Assembly (NCBI GenBank): GCA_030704615.1
Contig: CM060732.1
Span: forward strand, 22,134,001-22,198,000
From: Takakia lepidozioides
Taxonomy: Eukaryota > Plantae > Bryophyta
Direction: 5' to 3'
DNA: 64,000 nucleotides
The notes beneath the pieces are model-generated. The model was given only the letters and a program-made list of their open reading frames with translations, made no database searches and had not been told where the DNA came from. Made by a program: the position numbers and the translations under genes. Below are positions 13,202 through 26,548 of this stretch, piece after piece (positions within the stretch are counted from its first letter, which is position 1; each line of letters starts with the position of its first letter).

Positions 13202-16200
13202 TTATGTCCCAGTTTTGAAGGGGGTATAGTGCTTGAGATCAATGATAACACCTACCACTGAACCCACCCCTGCAGCTAACGATACAACAAGGCAGATGAT
13301 GCTTAGTGTCTGAAGTGCGCACCACTTCAAACTCCATTTCTTGATCTGCAACTGGACTATATACATCTCCACAGGGAAATACACTGTCAGGGGCCAAAAG
13401 GCTAAAGCTCCAATCAAACCCAGAATGTCGTTGAAAAAGGGGAGGAGCATAGAGACTACAGTGGTTACTATGACAAAGCATGTGCGCCAAATCAGACGAA
13501 AGAGATTGATTTGCAAAGGTCCGCCACATGGGAGGTTCACAAAGTGTTCCTTGTGAACGAAATTGCTTTTGGACCATTTGGCTGAGACCCAGCCCTCAAC
13601 GAAGGCAAACAGTGGCTGCGTGTATACCTGCATGAATTCCAAACACACCAGAATTGTGCTTGGGCATGTAAGTGCATTTTGGCTCTTTGATCAAGGAAGA
13701 TATTCACGAGGGATAGTACTATCAACATCACTTGCAACATGGGTGTAAAAATGAACCATAATAAGCACTGGAGGGACAGTAGTAACTTGTAAGTGAGGAA
13801 GAGAGAGTTGCGGTCATCATGTGCCATAGGAGAGACAGAATACCTGATAGGCACCAACAAGGTGGACCACGATGCACGCATTTGCAAAGTCCACTAGCCA
13901 AAAGGGGTTGTAGAATCCGAAGCCTGTAAGCAGGTTGCCTGGGGCGTTGTTGCCAAAGGCTGCATATCCAGCACAGCCAACTGACACGTAGAACATGGTG
14001 GTGATCAAAACTCCTATTAACGTAGCACGCTTCATTGTTTTGTTCTCTGGAGGGGGAGCTTTGATCGTATCCTGTTCAATAGTCAGAAGGAAGTAGTACA
14101 TGTAAGGAGAGTACGTTTTCATAGAATGACATGCTGCTTTCCATATGTATTGTCCACCAAGATAGGCCAAAGCTGATTGTGTGCGTCTACCAACTGGGAT
14201 GTGTGAAAAACCACTGCAGGGTGATTTGAGTACATATCAGCTAGAAAGCCATGCCAATGCAGCTTGAACTACAGATTTGATAGTATATAAACATGAAACA
14301 CAAACATACACTACACATTTGCGTTCCATGCATGTGTAAACCCATAAGAAAGATAGTCTCTGCGTCATTATTGGATAGGGAAAGGAGAACGTGCCTGAAT
14401 CTCAATGAGAATCATTGAAAAGGAATATGCAAAAGCAATGTTTCCAAGAGCATTACAAATGGCCCATAGCTTCTGAGCATGGGTAACGAAGCCCAAATTG
14501 GGATCGCCAATCAGAACCCCCGTCAAAGTCCCATGTGAATGATCGCTTTCTGTGAACATCAAACGCCCTCCTATGTTAACCTATTTGCAAGCAAATGGTC
14601 TGAGTCCCTGCCGGTAGGTCGAGTGCAAATGATTCAAGGGTATATGGATAAGAAATGTTACTCCATCCATGGAAAGCCTCCTGTCCAACCTGCCATCAAT
14701 CTCTTTCCCTTCCCCAAACTCACCCGAAACTGGCCTTTATCATATGTGCTTGCAAGAAGAAACATGCAAACTGTACATGTAATATATATATATAGCAGTA
14801 CTGAACTGCAACATCTGTGCAGGCATCTGCCCAGTGTATGCAGAAATCCCCAAGACGGCAGAATGAAAATACCTGAGGCTTTCCCCAGACCAAGACCAAG
14901 GCCAATAGTGGAGTATGAGAAGGACATAATGGCAGCAACAATGGAGAGCCACCATATCTGATCAAAATCAGGGATCTGTGACAGTATAATCTGCACTATA
15001 CCAAACATCGACATGTACAAAATGTTCGACACATGGCATGGTGCAGCATCTCCTTCTGTGTGGAAGCAGTCAGACCTCTTGATCGCCCTGCAGACATGAT
15101 ACTCAGATAGATGAGCTGCACTGTTTAAAGAACGTTATTTGGTCTAACTTGAAAAAGGTGCTGCATAACTTCTTGGCCATCTGGAGCTCTTGTTCTTGCA
15201 CAAGATCAACCATCCAGTGGATAACACTAGTTAGTGCCCACTCATTCATGAGCGTTTCGCTACAGCCAAGGGCCCTGGAGTTTTCGGAAATTCATATAAT
15301 TGAAGAGCTCTATGAATTCAATCTTATTCCGTTTGGACTCTTGCAACTGATCCTCCTCATCTCCGGACCTCTTTTTATGGGTGGGTGTGTGTGTGTGAGA
15401 AAGAGAGAGAGAGCTTACACCATGCTGGTGGAGGCAGTGATGGTGTAGCCTATGGAGGTCCCCAAAAGGTTTGTGTATTGCACCAGACCACAGATCAGGA
15501 CTTGCCTTCTCCCTGCCACACATAGAATACATATTATGAATCGACTTCTTCATCTGGAGAACTGAATTTGAGTGCCTTCAACTGACATGTCAAATTTTGA
15601 GAAAGCTCTTGGTATCAAGTAAAATTGCGCTCCATTGGCTGGAAATTCCTGGAGATTCGAAGTTCCGATTGTTGCCCGAGGTCGTCCGGTGCCCAGTACA
15701 GTGTGAGGATACACATACACGCCTGCAGGCAGCTTGCAAACCAGAAGGACAGTTGCGAGAGAGGACGCACCCAAGTTGGCTTTCACGGCGTCCATGTAGG
15801 TATAATTGCGCTTGCCAGTGACACGGTCGGGGTGGCGATAGCAGTCCGCCAGCAGCACAGAGGTATAGTATGTGACCAGGGCAAAGAGAAGGAGGACAAT
15901 TGGTCCTACCACCCACCCCATCTGCGCAATACTCCAGGCCAACGACAGTACCCCCGAGCCTATCACTGCTGTTATAACGTGTGCTGATGCAGTCCAAACA
16001 GTTCCTGCAAATTCCTCCAAATTTCGGATTATTCTCTCCGAGCCATCTCATGTGCAAACAAAAAAAATTCAGTGCTAAAACCTGTGCATATCTATCAAGG
16101 ATTGGAAACTATCCATAGAGCTAGAGCTACCTTAGCCACTGTGGAGCTGACCACCTGGATCACTGAGCACACGGTTTTGCAATTTGAATAATTTCTTCTG

Positions 16201-16593
16201 TGCTATGATTAATCAAGTTCTAACTTACATTGCATACACAATTAATTGTTATCCATGAATCAGCCGCATGGTTATTGCTACTCCTCAGCATATGAATTCC
16301 CTAACTAACCGATCTATGGAAAAAGCAGACCTGTGATCAATGGATATAAGGGTGAACAAGGTCGACCGTAAGAAGAAAGTTGAAAATTTACTGTAGACGT
16401 CCACTGGAGACCCGAGGAAGAGAGAGACAGAGGAGAGAGGAAGGAACATGCCTGTGCGGCGGTTTTTTCCATCGTCGTCTACTTTGTTGCTAGCGTGACC
16501 ATCGGTATGGCCGTAGACCGTGTGCCCAGGCTTCTTATCGGCGCTACCATTTTCAGCCTGTGCAAGCTTATGATCTCCTTCACAGTGCGGCAT
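13202..16593 (-). CDS. AAP: Amino acid permease (AAAP family, AAP subfamily), 7 coding exons
   Basis: DDDGKNRRTGTVWTASAHVITAVIGSGVLSLAW, GKRNYTYMDAV, SQIPDF, LGNIAFAYSFSMILIEIQ-DTIK, GNLLTGFGFYNPFWL, FWPLTVYFPVEMYI. Introns 1 and 5 have GC donors. Confidence 0.97.
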
Positions 16594-18881
16594 CTTGACC
16601 GAGGCCTCTCTTCCACTTGGCTTTTCCCTAAGTGGTTTCCTGTATGCAGGCTTCAAGACAGCTTGAAACCACCTTCACTTTTCCTTAGCATGCCACAAGG
16701 CCTCTCTGTATGTACCGTCCGGCCAGAATGAATATTGTGCGTGCTAGATGCCCATATAGTACGTCTTCAAAAGAAGTGCATACAAGACATGAGGTCCGTT
16801 GAAGGTCCGTTGTCTACAAGTACGTCAAATGTTAATCATCACGTGAAATCAGTTGCTTCAAAAATGCTGCAAAAGTGACCGGGGCTCCAGAGAAGATGAA
16901 GGCCTCCTGCATAGTTTACCTAGGTGATGAGATGATGGAGGCTGGCGTTATCAAAAAGTGAGAGTGATCTCGATTAAGACCAGTTGGTGATTCTGTTCAA
17001 TGTATGTACGTTGTAAATCAAAACCAGGCTGCACTTTTTCCTTGTCACAGGAACTAGAATAATTGTGCAGGTAATGGAGCTCGCCCTGACACTCAGAGTG
17101 ATTGCTGAGCTCAGCTCCCTTCCACGGTTTGGCCTGGCCGCAGTATGATTTGAAACACAGAAGATTCATCAAGTCCAGCACTAACTACTTAGATACTGAT
17201 CTGGTATCACACAGTGAGAGATAGAGATCTACAGAGGTGTCCTCCAACTTGCTTGCAATTGGTCGCATGCAGGAGAAAGAGAGATTTTAAATCGTTCAAA
17301 ACACGTGTTAGGTCCCGACTAAGTAGGGACAACTAGTATAATACAGAAAGAAAGAGAGATATATCACGACTTTACTTTTCTGCAATTGTGCGCACAGAAA
17401 AGAGAGGGGAGAGTATGTGGAGTTTATTAACAAAATAACTGTGTCATCTGAGTAACACAGTTACCGCTGTTTATATACAGAAAGAGAGCGGGCTCAGACA
17501 GACAAAGGGACTCGGGAAACGTTACATTCATGCAGTCGGTCGCATGCGTGCGTGTACACTGCAAAATCCTCAAGTGTAGTTTGTCCACCAGTTGCATCTA
17601 GATGAACGCGGTGGCTCAAAGCTGCCTGTGTGGTTGGCAACTGACGTGGTCTGATCGCTCGAAACTAGATCTGTCACGTTCACTTCCAAACGCTAGAGAG
17701 ACGCCGGGACGGTCACAAATCTCAGGACGCACAGCTGCACAGATCTGCACAAGTACAAGGAGCACAACCCGTTCCCGAGCAGACTCCTTCAAGATGGTGC
17801 ACTGAGAGCTGGTCGCGTGAGTCCAAGCCCCTACTGCACACTTCCCTCTCCAGTGAGCGGTAGAGAGCAGACTATGAAGGGGCTATGAAGTCGTAATAGG
17901 TAGAGCACTTTAAACCACAGACACCGCGACCATGCAAGAGATGAGAACCAGCGGGCCAAGCGCAAAGATTCAGTCTCCACAACCTGCAGCCTCCCTCCAT
18001 CACTACAGACTTCCGAATACAATACTCTCACAAAACAATCCAATTGCGGAGCGATGGCGACAAGATAGAGATCGTGGCGACAGGGTGACTGAGACGCAGA
18101 GACAGAGACAGAGAGAGGTGGGGGCCCGCGATGGATGCTCACAGCTGCAACACCATCGCCATTGCGATCGTGCACAGTACCTTCTTTGCTTTCTTTGTTT
18201 CCAAAACGCAACACGCTCTCTCACTACCTGCACTAGCTTCCGCCTCGCACTTGCCGTCCATGTACTTTGTTCATCTGATACCACAGAATTCATCCACCGT
18301 CCAAGCGGTACACATCCACTCTCCTTGATGCAGAAGTACATCCGTCGCCGGTGTCGGTTGCTATATATTCATCCACCATCCTTCTTGTGTTCGTTTCAGG
18401 GCACAGTTCATCCATGGTCCACCCGGAGTACAGTATTCGATATCGTAGTTTCACCGTATTCATTCACCATCATTCGTCGCAGAGCACCATATTCATCGTT
18501 ATGAGGTACAGTATTTCATCTCGGATGTATCATTTTCATCTATTAAGAACTTTGGTGCCGCTCATCTACTGTTGGAAGATGAGTAACGGATGAATGTACC
18601 GTCCTCTGTTCATTAATTGAGGATACTGATGGATGTTTCGGCCAAATATTTGTCACTTTTGATGTGACTCAGTCCCGGCTTTATGGATGGCAATCTACGG
18701 ATGGAGTCCATTCTTCATCTGCCTTCTTTTGATTTTCCCAAAATGTTTTTTGAGATCTACAATGGATAAAGTATCATACCGTCGTTGATTTTTTATTTTC
18801 ATATATTTTTTTCTTGGGAAAAGGGGACGGTGAAATAGACTCATACCAGATTCCATTTCTGGAATTGCTATTAACTTTCTA

Positions 18882-19574
18882 CCGTAGTGGGAAGGCTGAT
18901 CCGGCACTAAATAGTTAGAAATGAATCTGCCTAATAATTAAGTGAAAATTTAGGAAAAACTGCCGAAATTCCAGAAACTTTATAAAAAAATGCCTAAAAT
19001 CTCAAACAAACTCCAAATATCAAATCTCCAAATGCATGTTTCAAGTTTCAAGGCATAAAGCTCTAGGAAAGTATTTTCCTTGGCTATGAGAAATCCTAGA
19101 ATAATTGGCTGAACAATCACTGCATTTGATGATTGACCAGATGCTCTCATGGCTCCCCACATAATTTGTTTTTTTTTTGTTTTTTTTTTGAAAAAAGGGA
19201 AACACCTGGGAGCGACAGCTCACAAATCAGGCCCCTTAGTAGTGAGAGAAGAAAATAACCTCTTTCATTTATGCACCATGGAGGCGAATGAGTGGGACAC
19301 TGCCCAGGAACCATACCACACCCGTCGGTAGCAAGATTTGACCCCAGAATCATCTGGGTGGCACTCAGTGCACTTAACCATCTGAGCTACTGACTGTTGG
19401 TATATAATTCTTTTATCACATTTGGTACAGGAGATAGAGCAAGTTCATGCAGGTAAAATCTCCTTGTTGCAATGCCCTAAAATCTAGAAATTTCCTTAAG
19501 TTGTGCCCAAGTGTTTTGTTGTAAAGAAAAACAAAATTCGGCACTTCACTGCCGGATCAGCCTTCCCACTGCGG
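18882..19574. mobile_element. Tc1/mariner-type MITE (693 bp) with 25-bp TIRs and TA target duplication
   Basis: Left TA-CCGTAGTGGGAAGGCTGATCCGGCA; right TGCCGGATCAGCCTTCCCACTGCGG-TA (24/25 match); non-coding interior. Confidence 0.88.
19167..19403 (-). mobile_element. tRNA-derived SINE nested in the MITE
   Basis: A box TAGCTCAGATGG (19389-19378), B-box-like GGGTCAAATC (19344-19335), TTTTTT (19196-19191), A-rich tail (~19189-19167), flanking ATAATT direct repeats at 19161 and 19404. Confidence 0.72.
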
Positions 19575-20078
19575 TATAGTGCAGAATCTGCAGATATGAT
19601 CTCCAGTGTAAAAGGAAGTAGGTAGATAGGTAATTATCCATTCACTTATTATATTTTCTGTATGTTGGAATGTGTATCTCAGTGTTTTGTTTTTCATTTT
19701 TCCAAAATCGCCAGAGGGGCCACATGTAAATTCCACCCAGCGCCCATGTGGCAAGAATAACTATCGGAAAGGTGACTATATAACAGGTGGCAAGTTCTAA
19801 CAGGTCCACGTAGGCAATCTTAGGCTCCTGATATTCAACTACTGGCCCTTTCTCCCTTGCACAAGTAGCTGACTCATTTTCACATATATACCGGAAGCAC
19901 AAAGGCTAGTGGGCAAGCCGAACCCTTTCATATATGCATAAAGAAAACCTAGGGACCGGACGGACGGTCACTTATGAAATTTTTGAAATGGGTTGCATAT
20001 GCGGAGGGGTACCATGCACCAATTTGATGAAGGTGGTAAGGTAGGTAGGGGGCTTTAAATTGGAGGAGCCAAGTACCC

Positions 20079-20460
20079 CGTTAAAAGCAGGTGTGGCAGA
20101 TTCTGCCACTTTTTCGGCCTAATTCTCAGGCCGAATCGGCCACCCAGGGCAGAATCGGCAGGGATGGCCGATTATGCACAGAGGACGGCAGACCTACCAC
20201 CAAGGCCCATGTCGTCAGCCATCAACCCACCCACATTCCCTTGAGGCTCGCCCCGTTTTTATCCTCTCCTCTGGGCAATCGATATGGGATAATCGAACCG
20301 CAATCATATTGCGCCATGTAATGGCGAGAATCCGCCACACCTGCTTTTAACGCCAGCCAACGGGCCCTGTTTGGCCGACTCTGCCATGTGCGCGGCCATA
20401 GGGCTCGCCCAAAGGCCGCTTACAGGGCAGAATCGGCCAAACACGGCCCGTTCTCTAGTA
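20079..20460. repeat. ~30-bp inverted repeat with a cluster of GGC(A/C)GAATCGGC-like motifs; probable DNA-transposon end or MITE
   Basis: CGTTAAAAGCAGGTGTGGCAGATTCT at 20079 matches the reverse complement of 20327-20352; about six motif copies in both orientations. Confidence 0.6.
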
Positions 20461-22631
20461 CGGATCGGACACCAATTACCACTCGACATATTTCACCAAT
20501 TTTCCACCAGACTCCACCCCCTTTTTGTGATTGCCTTTCAAACACAAAGTACCGCACAACCCTTCTCAATCCGATCCCACCCTCCCATAACCGGCAGGCT
20601 TGGGTTCGTTGTGGATGAGCTCGTTTGTAGTAATCTGTTCCTATGCAGCTTGGTTATGTCCGGTGATTGGTGTGAGCCCATGGATGACTCATGGTCGATG
20701 GATGTCTCGTCGTAAGTAAGATACGGGGAGTCACCCCGCACAGGTTACCTATAGTCCAATATCCTACATCTGAATAATTGGAAATAAATTGCCATTTCCT
20801 CTAATCTATTGCACATTGTGCCAGCTGTAGGTCTTGGGTTCAATCCTCCAGTGGTTCATTGGCCTTGGGGAGGTTCAGTCTCTTGTATGCTTCATAACTC
20901 TTATATTAAACGGGGTTATTTTTTCCCTCCTCAGGAAAGGACCTCAATTGTGAGCTCTACAGAGCCCACCCCTCAAAGGGGGCAGTACTCGCATGGGGAG
21001 GCGGCTCGTATTTACTGTAACTCCGGTTTGCGTCGTCATTCATCCCTTTCCAAAAAACCTTTCAAAAAAAAAAAAAAAAAGAAGCCCAGGGAATACAAAG
21101 AGGAAAAATAACCTTCGTAAAAAGTGCCATAGAGGCTGATCCAGGAAGACATTGCTGGGTAACCAAATGTAGCGAAGAACAGGAGTGAGACAAATGAAGA
21201 GAGGGAAAGGCAACAAGAACTAATAGCTACCCCTCTTCCGCCTTTGCGATTTGAAAGATAAATGGGCTTTCGATTTTCCCTTTCTAAAAGACCTGCGGTG
21301 CCTTCAGGCCCTCGCTCTCCAAAGGAGGTTTTAGCTTACAAATCAACCAAAATGGAAATTTGCTTAAAATTAAACAAAGTCCAGAAAGAGGGCTGATGTG
21401 CCCACGGTCTTGTTCCCCATGAAAGAGACAGAGAAGAGAAGAGAGATTTATGGCAGGTGTGTTGGTTGGATGGAGAGAGAGAGAGAGGGGTTACTGATGG
21501 TGCAGATCCTTGGTGTGCGAATGGAAACTCTCTCATGGGCCAGAAGCCTATCTACTCACTGCTTACCAATACTATTCTCGATTTCACACCAGTAGATCCA
21601 TGTTATGATCCAAAGACAAACAACACAGATCGTCATCAGCAGTACAGATCGAGAGTCACTGCGCTCACCAACAGATCCTTGCCCTAAACTTGTTGGAGCA
21701 GAAAACAACCGAACCCCCAATTCCTGTCTTCCGCCGCACACTTGTGTGGGGTTACAATGTGAAACAAACGACCTGGCTCACGAAATTGGATGCCTATAAC
21801 TCTAGGAAGAAGTTCACGAAGTCCTTGAAAATGCAGGCCAGGCCTATACAAATGTCACCCAGGGAACATGACGATCCACAATGTCCTGCATACAATTTCT
21901 AGCAAGTAATGCTTGTTTCTACACTAGAGGGCGGTGCTTGTGGATATCTTCCCTTCCGTGTCACTCTGCCTGCTCTGTCCTCTCTGTTAATCCCCTCCTT
22001 CTATTGGACTTGCTCTCCCATACTAGTTGTAAGGCAGTGACAAAAGAGGCACACACATACACATATCGGTCCAGATGTGCACGCTAAGATCAAATTCGTA
22101 TATTACGCATGACGACTTCCAATTGCACTGGTTGAAAATGGGAAAGAATAAGGCCTGGGAGCTCAAGTTGTACACAAAGTTCGGCCAGAAATATGGTGGG
22201 GACCGTAGGCTTTTCGACCATAGGTGTGAAGTGCGAACCCCCGGAAAACCAAACCTTCAGAGATGAGAAGGAATGCTATGAATTCAAAAGCAGATGATGT
22301 GTGCACCTATGCTGCTACTGAACAAATGCAACTGGAGTGACTTGGCAACTGGTATATATCGTGCTCTCCCTTTTCCAATCTCCAACTCCCAAGCACCTTC
22401 ACATGATACTCACCGAATTTCATTTCCAGATTGGAGGCACTGTGCACATGTAGAAAACCTAAGGTCCCAGCTGTTTCTTGTTCTGGTTTTTTGCTTGTGC
22501 CTTGGCATCTTCAGGTGGCAAATAATACTCCGGCAGAGTCAATCTGATAAGAAGATGAGCTAAAAAAGACTCCATTACCTCCCTCTGAGCTTTTAGAGTT
22601 GGACACTGTCCCAGTTGCTCATAGCAAAAGT

Positions 22632-23122
22632 CCACCATCTTCAATGCTATTTTCCTCCGCTCCCGATCGTTGAAAGTGTCTGCAAGCCCATCATTTTGAC
22701 CAGAAGAGGCTGTTGCAGCAATGGTGGCCTCGCCACTCATTTGTGCAGCTTTCATGCGTTCTCTCGACTTCCTTTTTCGTAGGTTTTGTGCCACCCTGCG
22801 AGCAGTTTCTTTGGCCAAAACATCGGCATTACTTGCAGCCATCACAGCAGCCTTCGCTCTTTGTCGGGGCCCAGGCCTTACCACCATCTTCAATGCGACT
22901 TTCCTCCACTCCGGATCATTGGAAGTGTCTGCAATCCCATCATTTTGACCAGGAGAGGCTGTTGCAGCAATGGTGGCCTCGCCACCCATTTGTGCAGCTT
23001 TCATGCGTTCTCTCGACTTCCTTTTCCGTAGGTTTTGTGCCACCCTGCGAGCAGTTTCTTTGGCCAAAGCATCGGCATTGCTTGCAGCCATCAAAGCAGC
23101 CTTCGCTCTTTGTCGGGCCCAG
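22632..23122. repeat. Tandem duplication with 249-bp period, in frame within minus-strand ORF 22459-23094
   Basis: Units start at 22632 and 22881; the protein repeats MAASNADxLAKETARRVAQNLRKRKSRERMKAAQM...KxALKMV. Confidence 0.92.
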
Positions 23123-25504
23123 ACCTTCCCACCCCGTTCACCCTAAGTCGGTTTTTTTTCGTTTCCCATCGATTACAACAAATCAACAAGACGTGCACAA
23201 ATTGTAACATGCGTAGAGGCCCTCATATTATAGCTCCAGCTTTAGAGCAATGTGCGCCTTCGGCTTAAGCGCATTCATCACCTGCGCCCAACAATCCCAC
23301 AGACAGAACATTCATAATTATCGTTCAGCAGAAAGGAAGAAAAGCTTCAACAATGAGATACACGCAGAACTAGAAACAAGACATCCCTAAGACACGGTGA
23401 TCAAGTAATACACAGAGATATACCCGTCGCACCAAAGCTGTGAGCTCGATGCAATGATCCACCACCGTGTCGAGCTTCTACACGTTTCACACAGAGCTTG
23501 GTCCAGCTTTAAACCTAGAGTCTTTCATGTGTGCCACAATCATGCATGAACCTTCAGAGGTACTTTATAAATAAGCAGATCTTTGAAGTTTGGAGAATCA
23601 ACCAGGCAAAGGTCAAATGTTCAAAAACAGGAAGAGCATGAAATGGTGGGGTTTGCTGGTCAGTTTGGGACCCTTCAACACACAAGCCAGCTAGGTGAGC
23701 AGTCACGCTCCCAGAAGCCGCCTCCGCCTCCGCAATCCTAACCTAACAGATATGTACCCTTCTTATCAAAGAAAAGAGAAATTGCTACTCCACCATGGCT
23801 GCCTCAAATCTGAGTCAAAACTTACACAGTGCCCCTTACTCCTAACAACCCTTTTGAGATCAGAGACCTCATTGTACAAATGGAAGGTCTCCCTGATCTT
23901 TGGCCACCATCTCCTAATTTTTCTTTGGACTTGGGAGAAACTTTGGTGTGTTGTTCGAAACAGGGGACTGCCCAATGTTGTCCATCGACTTAGGAGGGCC
24001 TACTATAAGTTTCGTATTGACGGAAACCCCTCAGATCTGAGGGGGTTTTCCCCTTTGTTTCATAGGGTGTATCCAACGGGCCACCCCTCTGAAGGTGGGG
24101 TCGCCCCCACCTGCACGCCCCGGGCAGCGGGACCGCCACATTCCCCGACCCGGAGAGCACACCCGTGCTAAAGATTCGGGCAGCGGGCAAGGCATATACA
24201 GGGCCGATCTTCCCGCATGTGTCGATGGTGGCCGCGCAAATCGCCATAGCTTGCTGTCATCTGGACCACTTGTACTCGGGCAACTTCCATTGGAAAGCCC
24301 TTGCGCCCGTACAAGCCCTCTGTTTACTGCACGTCAATCGGATTGGAACTCCGCATGCTACAGCGTCTTGCGTGTAGCCATGCAGATCACGGTCGGGATC
24401 ATAAAACGGTTTTTGCAGATGTGCGCTGACCCTTGAGTTTATTCAAACCACTGACTCTCTCGTTGTGGGCACAGGAACCGGGCGCCCAACAGCATGAGAC
24501 CTACATAACTTACTATTCCTCTTTGAATGCTCATAAAAGATTTACACAATCTTCACAGAATCTGCTATTCATGGCCACCCCCCTGAACCCAAATCTGATT
24601 GAGCTAAATTAGTTCAACTTTTCAAGCATCGAGATCATGGTCTACATGCCCCTTTGCAAGCCCCGTAATTTAAAATTAGAAGCAGTGTTGAACATGTTTC
24701 AAAACTAAGATTCACACAACTCAGGTGGTTCTGTGTAATGTGACACAAACTCAGTCAACTCAACTTGAATGTAATCCGACACTGATACTCCTGGACTCTG
24801 ATCACGCACATTCCTGTTGTTGTATTCATGAAGCATGTGTAAGTTAAAGCAAGGAGTCCGTCGCGACTCGCTACAACTCGTTCACCTTCTCTGACTTCTA
24901 CAACTTGGAATTCATGTCTTTGACATATGGAGCTTACTATCTCTCGACCTCTTCTTCCTTACTCTCTCTCCTTTGCATAGGATTTGCATAGTTTGCGTAG
25001 GATTTGTTTTTTAAATTTGAAAAATAGCACGAGGGGCTATTAAGTTTTACAAGAAATAGCTATATATTCTGTCCATCCATTGAAATTTGGATAGAATCAT
25101 CCTCCTGCGTACTTTCATCCATTTATATCATCCGTATTTGGAGAATTCATCCATTATTATTATTATTTCCTTGTAGAAGTTTGGCGATTTCATCCATGAA
25201 AATTTACGACAGAATATTTCATTTTACTTTTTTGAGGTCGTCATTTGGCGATTTTTCGCCAAAACAAAAACACTTATTATACGTAGGAACGGATGAGAAA
25301 CGACCTCATCCATGGACGGAATATAAAGTCGTGGCCATGAGCCCGTAAGACAGCGCCGGAAAATTCGTGGGCAACACGGTGGCGGCGTCGTTGCCGTCGA
25401 CTCCCACCCGACCCGCTCAGTAATCACGTCATCCACAACAGTGGACACGCGGCGAACGGCGGCAAGGTTCTGATGACTCCCGCCCAACGGGAGGGCGTCC
25501 CAAA

Positions 25505-25613
25505 CCTCCACCGAACCTGTGACGAACCAGTATTACTGCGCGAACCTCTGCTGTGGGCCCGGTCGGACGGTGCGAACCGGGTTTGAACCTGTCCCGAACC
25601 TGTTCCAGACCTG
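25505..25613. repeat. GAACC-rich cluster; probable hAT-like subterminal remnant
   Basis: Repeated CGAACC/GAACC motifs ending in CCAGACCTG (CAGGTCTGG on the minus strand); no partner end found. Confidence 0.35.
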
Positions 25614-26548
25614 GGTAGATGGTATGGGCGTGGAAAAGTTCCCTCCGCTTCCCTCGTTCTGCTCTCTTTCCGCAGAGAGGAATGTCGGGTCCTGGTTGTG
25701 CGGATTGCTTGGCCTTCCTGAACAATCTGTACAAAGTAGAAGGCGCTCGTCGGGGGAATTTATGGAAGATAGTTTGCAGTTAGATTTTCGGGAGAAGCTG
25801 AGGTCGATGTGGAGGAGCTTGCACGGTCCCTTACTTGCGGTTTGAGGCACAGATGTGAGGCATTTGGTGACAATCTTGGTTTGCAGGTAGGTTTTCTGCA
25901 GGAGCTGCACTGCTGGCTTTGTCTGACGTTTTCTGCTTCAATGTCACTTCTTGGCATCTGCGGAGGTTATTTTTTATAGCTAGATTTTTGTCAATTCTCA
26001 GCAAAGCGAGTGACCTTCTACGACCGTGCCTGGTTCCCTATTTTCCGTCCTGCTCGATTGGTGCCCTCTTCTCTCCCCGCCATTGCTGATGTATGCGGGG
26101 TGTTTTTCTTTCCTTTTCCCCCCTCCATGTTGAGTGGTACCTCTTTATTTGGGTTCTGTACGAGAACTCAGGCAACTCGCCTTGGCGTCTTCTATTTCTG
26201 TCACTAGTTTCGTCTTTCGAATCTGGCGAGAGAGTAGGCCTTCGGACGAGAGAGAACTGATCTCCACGTTTGGGCTCAGAAGGAGACAGACGGGGGACAA
26301 AGACAGGGGAATTGTAAAGGTGCAGAGAGTCTGGCAAATTTTCACAGATATTGACATGACAGATGATGGAGACGATGAGCGTATGAGATGCAGATTACTC
26401 GGCATCCGTGGTGGCAGAAAAAATAGAGGGATTGTACGATAAGGAGTACTCAATTTGAAAGTATTATCTACAGGGAGAAGAGATAAAGGGTTTTGTGATC
26501 GCACAAAGGCGGAGCAGGTGTCATAGGGTTTTCGGGGGAGAAACCTCG

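Noticed and set aside
19320-19400. Functional tRNA gene
   Set aside because: Acceptor and T stems do not pair in canonical register, T54 is replaced, and a body plus A-rich tail follow, which fits a SINE head.
23700-23990. Possible LINE 3'-end peptide on the minus strand
   Set aside because: No diagnostic motif, tail or TSD; too weak to call.
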